DNA of 64,000 nucleotides from Gemmatimonas sp. (GTDB lineage Bacteria; Gemmatimonadota; Gemmatimonadetes; Gemmatimonadales; Gemmatimonadaceae): the NCBI GenBank assembly GCA_965279375.1, contig OZ257156.1:1888001-1952000 (forward strand), read 5' to 3'. This document shows, in pieces, positions 27,387 to 34,872 of the stretch (position 1 is its first letter; each line of letters begins with the position of its first letter). The translations under genes and the position numbers were made by a program. Below the pieces are notes generated by a model. It made no database searches and was not told the DNA's origin. It worked only from the letters and a program-made list of their open reading frames with translations.

Positions 27387-29363
27387 ATGACCAGCAGCTA
27401 CGCAATGAACCCCTCGCTTCCGGCAACGATTCCCAGCGCGCAGGTCAGCTCCGGCGGTGCGCCGCGCTTTCAGATCCCGGCGTTCCCGGATGATCCGGAG
27501 TGGGAGTTGGCAGCAGGCATCGAGGCGGCGGGGGGCGTATCGGCGGAGATCCGCGCATTCCTCGACGCACAGATGGAGACGGGCGACGTGCTGCTGGACC
27601 TCGCCCCCGGCTTCGGCTTTGTGGCACTCAGCGCGACCACCGCACCCGGTGGCCTGCCGACGGTGTTCGTGGGCGGGATCAATGAGGATCGCCTGCAGGT
27701 GCTGCAGGACGCGGCGGTAGACGTCGGTGGGTGGCTGGAGTCGGTTTCGCTGACGGATGGCTCGGATCTCGCCGAATTGCTGGACACGCGTCTGGATCTG
27801 CAGGGGCGAGTCTTCGTGCATGTCGCGGCCGAGGACGTCGCAGAACTGTGCTCGCGTCTGCGTCCGTTGCTCGCGCAGGAGCGAGTGCTGGCAATCTGCG
27901 TGACCAATGCGCATGCCAGCGACGCCTGGAATGAAGCGGCCGACGCGATGATTCTCGCGGGCATGACGCCCTGCGCGCTGGTCGAACAGGAAGGCGATGT
28001 GGTGATGATGCGCATTTCGGGCGCGCCCACTGCGCCGGTGATCGCACTGCCGTCCGCGCTGGCGGGTGACGCGATGATGGCACCTGAATTCGACGCGCTC
28101 AGTGCACTCCCCATGGAGCTGACCGAGGTGTTCGATGGAGACCATTCGGACGAGGTCTTTCCCGCGTCCTTCCCGTCGCAGGTGACGCCCGCCGCAACCT
28201 TGGAAGACGCCGACGTCGCGTCGGTGTCGTCATCTGTACCGCGCGCCACGTACGTCGAAGAGTTGCCGCGCTGGAACGCCATGCGCGATGGCCTGTCGCT
28301 CATCACGTCGCACACGCGTACCGGCTACGGGGTGACGGGGGCGCACCTGCTGCGCGCCCTGCAGCAGCGCGGTGCTCCAGTCACGCTCTTTCCGATCGGC
28401 CCGGTGGATTCGTCGCTGACGGATAACCCACAGTTGCAGCAGGCGCTCAATCTGCAGGATGCCTATCGGCCGGACGTGCCGAGTGTGCGCCTGGCCCAGC
28501 AGTTCGACCTGGCCATGCACGTCGGACGCGGTGCGCGAGTGGCGTTCACCATCTTCGAGCTCGACACCTTCACGCCGCGCGAGATGCATCACTTGCGCAG
28601 TCAGGACGCCATCTTCGTCTGCTCCGACTGGGCACGCGAAGCATGCTTGCAGAATGGGCTTGACGAGACGCCGATCCACATCGTGCCGCTTGGTGTGGAC
28701 CGCGCGATCTTCCATGAGAACGTACAGCCCAAGCGTAGCTGGTCCGAGACGGTGTTCATGCAGGTGGGCAAGCTCGAGCCGCGCAAAGGCCAGCTCGATC
28801 TCCTGCGCGCCTTCGAGGCCGCGTTCACGCCCAAGGACTCCGTGCGGCTCGTGCTCTCCTGCGGCAATCCGTTCATCTCGCAGGCCGATCTCGACACACT
28901 GCTCCGGCCGTTCCGGAAATCGCCGTTGGCGTCAAAGATCTCGCTGCTCACCAACGAGTTGCCGAACTTGCGCAGCGTTGCCGAGCTGATGGCTGCGGCA
29001 GATTGCGGCGTCTTCGCCGCCCGCGCTGAGGGGTGGAATCTCGAAGCGCTGGAGATGTTGTCGATGGGCAAGCAGGTCATCGCCACCGATTACTCCGCGC
29101 ATACGGAGTTCTTGAACAGTGAGAATGCGCGCTTGATCGACATCGATGCGCGCGAGTACGCGCATCCGGGTCGGCACCCTGGACAGTGGGCGGCGTGGGG
29201 CAATGCGCAGCATGAGCAGCTCGTGGCACACCTGCGTGACGTGCATGCGGCCAAGCAGGCCGTCGCACTGCCGTTGAATACGGCCGGCATCGCCACCGCG
29301 CATACCTTCAGCTGGGAAGGCTCCGCTGACGCGCTGATCCGCTCGCTCTACGCCATCGCATGA
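27387..29363 (+). CDS. GT4 glycosyltransferase with an N-terminal degenerate FkbM-like methyltransferase domain
   Basis: N-terminal GDVLLDLAPGFG; C-terminal TGYG, TIFELD, VPLGVD, EPRKG, AEGWNLEALEM. Confidence 0.82.
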   Translation: MTSSYAMNPSLPATIPSAQVSSGGAPRFQIPAFPDDPEWELAAGIEAAGGVSAEIRAFLDAQMETGDVLLDLAPGFGFVALSATTAPGGLPTVFVGGINEDRLQVLQDAAVDVGGWLESVSLTDGSDLAELLDTRLDLQGRVFVHVAAEDVAELCSRLRPLLAQERVLAICVTNAHASDAWNEAADAMILAGMTPCALVEQEGDVVMMRISGAPTAPVIALPSALAGDAMMAPEFDALSALPMELTEVFDGDHSDEVFPASFPSQVTPAATLEDADVASVSSSVPRATYVEELPRWNAMRDGLSLITSHTRTGYGVTGAHLLRALQQRGAPVTLFPIGPVDSSLTDNPQLQQALNLQDAYRPDVPSVRLAQQFDLAMHVGRGARVAFTIFELDTFTPREMHHLRSQDAIFVCSDWAREACLQNGLDETPIHIVPLGVDRAIFHENVQPKRSWSETVFMQVGKLEPRKGQLDLLRAFEAAFTPKDSVRLVLSCGNPFISQADLDTLLRPFRKSPLASKISLLTNELPNLRSVAELMAAADCGVFAARAEGWNLEALEMLSMGKQVIATDYSAHTEFLNSENARLIDIDAREYAHPGRHPGQWAAWGNAQHEQLVAHLRDVHAAKQAVALPLNTAGIATAHTFSWEGSADALIRSLYAIA

Positions 29364-31156
29364 CCGCAGGTGTGGCGTCGGTGATTCGCATCGGCATCCT
29401 GACGCACAACGCGTTGCACCACACGAAACGGTGCATCGCTTCGCTCCAGGCGCACACGAGCGTGCCGTGGCAGGCGGTTATTCTCGATAACGCCTCAAGC
29501 GACGACACCCGCGCTTGGCTCGCGTCGCTGAACGATCCGCGCATCGAGGTGGAGCTGCACGCCGAGAACCTCGGCGTCGGTGGTGGACGCAACTGGCTAT
29601 TCGGCCGGCTGTTGCCGCACATGCGCGACGATGAGCTGCTCGTTTTTCTCGACAACGACATCGAGGTCGGAGCGGGGTGGGCAGAGCCGTTCGTTGACGC
29701 CTTTGCCGCGATGCCGCGACTGGGTGTGGCCGGCCGATGGGCGTTCTCGATGCACGTCCACGAGACGTGGCGCGATATCCTCTCGGAACACGCCGGCGCT
29801 CCCGGCCCGGTGGACACCGTGCAAGGGTGCTGCTTCTGGGTGCGAGGGGCCGCCGCGCGCGCGCTCGGAGGCTTCGATGAGGCGCTCGGACGCTTCTGGC
29901 ACGAAGACGACGACTACTGCATTCGCGCACTCCACGCCGGCTGGGAAGTGCAACGCGTGCGTAATGCAGCGATCACGCACCACGAGCACGGCTCGGGCGT
30001 CGCGCTCAAGCCCGAGCGTATCGCTGGCTCGTGCGCCAATCAGGCGTACCTGATCGACAAGTGGCGCGCGCTGGGCGCGATCGATGCGTACGGAGTGCCA
30101 AAGCGCCCGACACCCGAAGTGACGGCGCCGTTGCGCGAAGCACTCGCCACGCGACTCGGCCGCACACAGCCCTTGCTGCGCACGGAGATGCAAGGTGTGA
30201 TTGCCGATGCTTCCGCGCTGCTACGCGGAGACATTGCCGATGATCGCGCCGCAGTGCTGGCGACACCTGCGGTGAGGCGGATGCTGTCGGATGCTGCGAC
30301 GCGGGAGAGCGGGGAGACGCAGCGCCGCGCGCAGCTCGCGCTCGAGCGCATTGCGCGCATCCTGGCAGAGCGCCGGGCCGAAGTCGACGACACAGAGACT
30401 ATCGAGCGCGCGCGTAGCGGTGGTCGCGCGTTCAGCACACTCTGCGATCCATCCGCGTGGGATGATGCCCGATGGATGGAGAGCTATCAGCGGCACTTCC
30501 GCGACGGCGCCGGCGCCGACTACTACGCGCGGTCCGAGATCGCGTGGCGCGACGGACAACTACTGCACGTCGCACGTGCGACGGGTGCCCTGCGCGCTGG
30601 CATGCGTGTGTTGGTGTTGGGCCACGCGAGCGAGCGCGTGATCGCGCCATTGACGCATGTGGCCGCCGAGGTCGCGGTACTCGATCATGAGATGCAGACG
30701 ATGGAGGTCATTGCGGGCAGTGCGACGCGCACGCTTGGCGATGCAACGCTCATGACTGGGCGCTGGTCTGAGGCGCAATCGCTCAGGGCCACGCCATTCG
30801 ATCTGGTGCTCTGCCCGAATGCCGCGCGCTACGCACCGCCGGCCGACTATGGCGCGGTGCTCTCGGCGCTGGCGCAACTCACGCGCACCGGTGGCCATGT
30901 GGGCCTCGGTGCCAGCGTGCGACTGACTGGGCCGCGCAATGGTCGATGGCTCGAGCGCGACGCGCTCACCGACGATGCCGCGCTCGCACGGCATGGTGTC
31001 CGTCGCCTTGGGAAATTCGACGACCGCATTTGCGACGAAACACTCTTGGCCGCCATTCCGCCCGAAGGACAGGCCAGTTGGCGCCCGCAGCTAGCGCGCG
31101 CCGTTGGTCCGCATCGTGTCACACTGGCCACGCTCTTTTGCCGACGCACCGAATAG
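29360..31156 (+). CDS. GT2 glycosyltransferase fused to a degenerate methyltransferase-like domain (paralog of 22786-24726)
   Basis: ILTHN, LDNASSDDT, NLGVGGGRN, FLDND, FWHEDDD. Confidence 0.85.
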   Translation: MTAGVASVIRIGILTHNALHHTKRCIASLQAHTSVPWQAVILDNASSDDTRAWLASLNDPRIEVELHAENLGVGGGRNWLFGRLLPHMRDDELLVFLDNDIEVGAGWAEPFVDAFAAMPRLGVAGRWAFSMHVHETWRDILSEHAGAPGPVDTVQGCCFWVRGAAARALGGFDEALGRFWHEDDDYCIRALHAGWEVQRVRNAAITHHEHGSGVALKPERIAGSCANQAYLIDKWRALGAIDAYGVPKRPTPEVTAPLREALATRLGRTQPLLRTEMQGVIADASALLRGDIADDRAAVLATPAVRRMLSDAATRESGETQRRAQLALERIARILAERRAEVDDTETIERARSGGRAFSTLCDPSAWDDARWMESYQRHFRDGAGADYYARSEIAWRDGQLLHVARATGALRAGMRVLVLGHASERVIAPLTHVAAEVAVLDHEMQTMEVIAGSATRTLGDATLMTGRWSEAQSLRATPFDLVLCPNAARYAPPADYGAVLSALAQLTRTGGHVGLGASVRLTGPRNGRWLERDALTDDAALARHGVRRLGKFDDRICDETLLAAIPPEGQASWRPQLARAVGPHRVTLATLFCRRTE

Positions 31157-31174
31157 GACCACACAGGACCACTC

Positions 31175-32308
31175 GTGAAGATTCTGCAGATCGCTTTTGC
31201 CGCGACCGACCAAAGCGGCGTGCACCGGAAGCTCGCCGAACAGGTGACGGCGTTGCGCGCGTGCGGCCAAGAGGTGGAGTCGCTGGTGTTTGCCGACACG
31301 CGCATTGCGCCGGCGCCCTCCAACGCACCCTATCGCCTCGTCGACATACAGGGTGGCGGCTTTGGTCTGGCCAGTCGCTCGGTGGCGTTTCATGCGTGCT
31401 GGGAGGCGGTGGACCAGCTGCGTCCTGACGTGGTGTACATGCGCTATCCCATCTACGATGGGCACGTGCTGCGTTTCGTGCAGGAAGCACCGCCGGTCGT
31501 GTTCGAACTGCAGACCATCTTCAAGAACGAGGCGCCTCCGCAGGTGGCCGCATTCGAGGAGAGTTGGGCTGCACGGGTACTGCCGCATACGTCGGGGCTG
31601 GTGGCGGTAACGAACGAGATACTCGAGTACGAGACCGATCGCGCCAAGTGGGCTATTCCGGGGCACGTGATGCCGAACGGTGCTGATCCTGCAACCATTC
31701 CCTTCACCACGCCGGCGTTGGCCAGCGATCGCGTGGATCTGTTGTGCGTCGCGTCGTACTACCCGTGGCACGGCATCGATCGTTTGCTGCTGGGCATGGC
31801 GGCCGAGCCTGATGTGCAGGACGTGCATCTGCATCTCGTGGGTGAGGGCCCGACCATCGCGGATCTCCGGGCGATGGTGCAGGACGCCGGGCTGCAGTCG
31901 CGCGTGCACTTTCACGGACACGTCCCTGTGAAGGAGCTAGGGAAGTGGTATCCCAAGGCGCATGTGGCCATTGGCTCGCTGGCGCCGCACCGTGTTGGCC
32001 TTCGTGAACTCGCGGCGCTCAAGCATCGGGAATACGCGCTGCGTGGCATTCCCATCGTCCTCGCTGGTGGCGATGCCGATTTCCCCAGCACATTGCCGTG
32101 GCTGCGTCAGATTCCGGCCGACGATTCACCCGTGTCGCCGCGCATGCTGCGTGCCCTCGCGCACGGCTGGACCAACGAGGTGCGCCGTCGTCAGATCCGC
32201 ATGTGGGCGGAGTCGCATCTGTCGTGGAACGTCAAGGCGCCGCAACTCGTGGAATTCCTGCAGCGATGCGCCAGCCAGTCGAACGCGCGCACGGGAGCGG
32301 CCGCGTAA
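31175..32308 (+). CDS. GT4 glycosyltransferase
   Basis: MKIL, SGV..K, PNG, PWHGIDRL, VGEGP, LK.REY..RGIP. Confidence 0.85.
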   Translation: MKILQIAFAATDQSGVHRKLAEQVTALRACGQEVESLVFADTRIAPAPSNAPYRLVDIQGGGFGLASRSVAFHACWEAVDQLRPDVVYMRYPIYDGHVLRFVQEAPPVVFELQTIFKNEAPPQVAAFEESWAARVLPHTSGLVAVTNEILEYETDRAKWAIPGHVMPNGADPATIPFTTPALASDRVDLLCVASYYPWHGIDRLLLGMAAEPDVQDVHLHLVGEGPTIADLRAMVQDAGLQSRVHFHGHVPVKELGKWYPKAHVAIGSLAPHRVGLRELAALKHREYALRGIPIVLAGGDADFPSTLPWLRQIPADDSPVSPRMLRALAHGWTNEVRRRQIRMWAESHLSWNVKAPQLVEFLQRCASQSNARTGAAA

Positions 32309-32354
32309 GCGGTGCCTGCGGCGCACAGTTAAACAGCGCGGAGGCCCGCGATGC

Positions 32355-33806
32355 CTACGGCGTGGTTGGTGCGGTGGAGTGCGTGGTGCTGGCGATGGAA
32401 GCGGCGATCGCGTCACGGAGCTGACGGACAACATCGGGCCAGTCGCGCGGTCGGGCAGGTCTGAGCAGCCGCAGGGATGGGTACCACGGCGTGGTGTTCT
32501 CGCGGAGCCCCCAACGCCAGTCAGGGACATGCTGCAGCATGACCCAGGTACGCACGCCAAGCGCACCGGCGAGATGCGCGATGCCGGTGTCGGTGGTGAC
32601 GAGTCCATCGAGCTGCGTGAGAATCGCCGCTGTCTCCGCCCAACTGCCCAGAGCGGGGAGCTGGTGGAGCGCCGGCAGTGATGGCGCGCCGGCCTCACCC
32701 TGCTGCAGGGCGATCCAGGTGACATCGGGAATGGCGAGCAGCTCTGGCAGCAGCGCAGGATCGAGATCGCGGGTGACACGCCCCGGAAACGCCGGGTTAC
32801 CCGCCCACACGAGCCCAAGGCGCAGCGTGCCCGGTCGTGCCGGTGGAAGTGCGACCCTTCCGCTGGGCGCCGGTGCACGCAGGTACGGCACGCGCTCGCC
32901 ACGCACATTGGTGTCGAGTCCCAATACGTGCGGCAACGACAGCAGCGGCACATGCCAGTCTGTCTCCGGAGCCTGACCACGAGCGACCACCTCGATGCCG
33001 TTCTGCGCGAGGAGTGAGACGGCGTCCGCGTGGCATTCAACGACGACGCGAGCGGGTAGTCTCAGGGCGAGGTCGGCGAGGAATCGCAAAAACTGGAACT
33101 GGTCGCCAACGCCTTGCTCCGCGGTGACGAGCACGGACGCACCCTTTATAGATGCCGTGCCGTCCCATCGCACGGCCGCGGTGTGGGGCGTTGGCAAGGG
33201 GCGCGCCTCGAACTGACGCCAGCCTTCGGCGCTGGATGCGCCAAGCAGCGTGGTGTACGCGCGCTGCACGCGGGTGGGTCCGTGATTTGGCCGCGCGCGG
33301 TCCGCCTGATCGAGCCAGCGCAGTGCCCCACGCAGATCGCCCAGGTCGTGGCGGATTTGCGCGGCGGTGAGAAGAAAGGCCGGGTGTGTGGGCGCGAGGG
33401 TAAGCGCGCGCTGGATGAGCGGCCACGCCTCGCCGGGCGCGCCCGTGGTGCGTTTGGCACCGGCCAGCGCACCCAGTGCCGCCGGATCGCGGGGCAACAC
33501 GCGGAGCACGCGCTCGAAGCAGACCACGGCTTCGGTCGGGGCACCGGCGTCCAGCAGCTCGGCGCCGAGCGCGTGGAGTTCGGTGACGTCGTCCGGGAGG
33601 GTGGCGAATGCGACGAGCAGCGTACGGCGCGCCGCGGCCATGTCGCCAGCGAGTCGATGCGCATTGGCGAGCAGCCGGGTGACGCCCGACTGCTCGGGCG
33701 CGGCGGCGTGAGCACGGCGGAAGCAGGCGATCGCTGCGGCGAAATCACCGCGTTCGATGGCGTCCTGACCGGCGACCAGGTCGGCAACGACGGCGTCAGT
33801 CAGCAC
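32355..33806 (-). CDS. TPR-repeat glycosyltransferase (GT9-like), paralog of 4464-5972
   Basis: TPR helices; EQGVGDQFQFLRF, LGLVWAGNP, DTGIAHLAGALG, PDWRW, PWYPSLRL; divergent from fliC. Confidence 0.88.
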   Translation of the reverse strand: MLTDAVVADLVAGQDAIERGDFAAAIACFRRAHAAAPEQSGVTRLLANAHRLAGDMAAARRTLLVAFATLPDDVTELHALGAELLDAGAPTEAVVCFERVLRVLPRDPAALGALAGAKRTTGAPGEAWPLIQRALTLAPTHPAFLLTAAQIRHDLGDLRGALRWLDQADRARPNHGPTRVQRAYTTLLGASSAEGWRQFEARPLPTPHTAAVRWDGTASIKGASVLVTAEQGVGDQFQFLRFLADLALRLPARVVVECHADAVSLLAQNGIEVVARGQAPETDWHVPLLSLPHVLGLDTNVRGERVPYLRAPAPSGRVALPPARPGTLRLGLVWAGNPAFPGRVTRDLDPALLPELLAIPDVTWIALQQGEAGAPSLPALHQLPALGSWAETAAILTQLDGLVTTDTGIAHLAGALGVRTWVMLQHVPDWRWGLRENTTPWYPSLRLLRPARPRDWPDVVRQLRDAIAASIASTTHSTAPTTP

Positions 33807-33908
33807 GCCGATGCGGGGAAAAATCGTGCGTTTTGCGAGGGAACGACAGCGCTGGTAACGGCCGGTGCCAGCGGTGTGAGAGCGCGAAAAAAGTTCAAGA
33901 AAAAACGC

Positions 33909-33935
33909 TCAAGTTCTGTTTGGCTGAGACGAGAC
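33909..33935 (+). promoter_or_regulatory. Possible sigma28 promoter of fliC with an A-tract UP element
   Basis: TCAA-N15-GACGAGAC preceded by A-tracts; weak -10 match. Confidence 0.45.
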
Positions 33936-33971
33936 TGTTGTCTGACCGCGACCCGGACCCCGGGGGCGGGC

Positions 33972-34005
33972 GAGGCACGGATGCCTCATCTCAACATCAT
34001 GGAGG
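33972..34005 (+). promoter_or_regulatory. CsrA-type sites in the fliC 5' leader
   Basis: Hairpin GAGGCA-CGGA-TGCCTC (33972-33987) with GGA in the loop, plus CATGGAGG overlapping the RBS; fliW is in the locus. Confidence 0.65.
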
Positions 34006-34015
34006 ATTGTCCCAC

Positions 34016-34783
34016 ATGCGTATTAACACGAACGTCGGCGCGCTCACCGCTACCCGCAGCATCTTCGTCAACAACATGGCGACAGAGAACAGCATGCGGA
34101 AGTTGAGCTCGGGTCTCAAGATCAGCCGCGCGGCTGACGACGCGGCCGGCTTGTCCATCTCGAACAAGCTCCGCACGCAGAGCCGCTCGCTGACGCAGGC
34201 GGCCTCGAACGCCGAGCAGGGCAACGCGATGTTGCAGATCGCTGAAGGCGCGGCCTCCACGATCCAGCGCATCATCGAACGTCAGAAGGAACTGATCACG
34301 CAGCGCGAGTCGACGGGTAACAACAGCACGGTGACCCAGACGCTCGGTACGGAAGTCGCGACGCTCCAGACCGAATCGGCTCGTATCCTCGCCGACGCGG
34401 ACTTCCAGGGCGCCTCGGTGTTCGCCTCGCTCACGTTCCAGATCTCCGACTCCTCGACGAACGGCACGGTGACGGTCAACTCGTCGCTGACGCTCACGAC
34501 GCTGACGGCGACGTCCACGCTGGCCAACGCTGACACCGCGCTCGACACGGTCAACTCCGTGCTGGCGACGATCGGTGCCGGTCAGAACGTGCTCGACTAC
34601 ACGGTGCAGAACTTGAAGTCGTCGGTCGTCAACGTCCGCGCGGCTGAGTCCACGATCCGTGACGTCGACATGGCGGACGAAATGGCCAACTTCACGAAGA
34701 ACAACATCCTGAAGCAGGCGGCCGAAGCAATGCTGTCGCAGGCGAATCAGGGTAGCCAGAGCGTGTTGCAGCTCCTGCGCTAA
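34016..34783 (+). CDS. fliC: Flagellin (255 aa, D0/D1 only)
   Basis: MRINTN..AL, KLSSGLKISRAADDAAGLSIS, AES.IRDVDMA.EM..FTKNNIL.QA..AML.QAN....VLQLLR; RBS GGAGG. Confidence 0.97.
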   Translation: MRINTNVGALTATRSIFVNNMATENSMRKLSSGLKISRAADDAAGLSISNKLRTQSRSLTQAASNAEQGNAMLQIAEGAASTIQRIIERQKELITQRESTGNNSTVTQTLGTEVATLQTESARILADADFQGASVFASLTFQISDSSTNGTVTVNSSLTLTTLTATSTLANADTALDTVNSVLATIGAGQNVLDYTVQNLKSSVVNVRAAESTIRDVDMADEMANFTKNNILKQAAEAMLSQANQGSQSVLQLLR

Positions 34784-34808
34784 TCGTAAGCGGCTACGAG
34801 TACGCGTA

Positions 34809-34841
34809 GCCCCGGGGTCGGCATTTCGCCGGCTCCGGGGC
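34809..34841 (+). terminator. Stem-loop after fliC (terminator or mRNA-stabilising)
   Basis: GCCCCGGGGTCGGC-ATTTC-GCCGGCTCCGGGGC; no strong U-tract. Confidence 0.6.
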
Positions 34842-34872
34842 CGTGTCCTAGGCAGTAACGGAGGAACGGGTC

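Noticed and set aside
33855..33871. sigma54-like TGGCAC (minus strand) upstream of the second TPR-GT9
   Set aside because: The -12 position reads TA, not GC, and no enhancer palindrome is nearby.
33833..34015. 61-aa N-terminal extension of flagellin in the ORF track
   Set aside because: The canonical MRINTN start with a GGAGG RBS is at 34016; upstream is promoter/leader.
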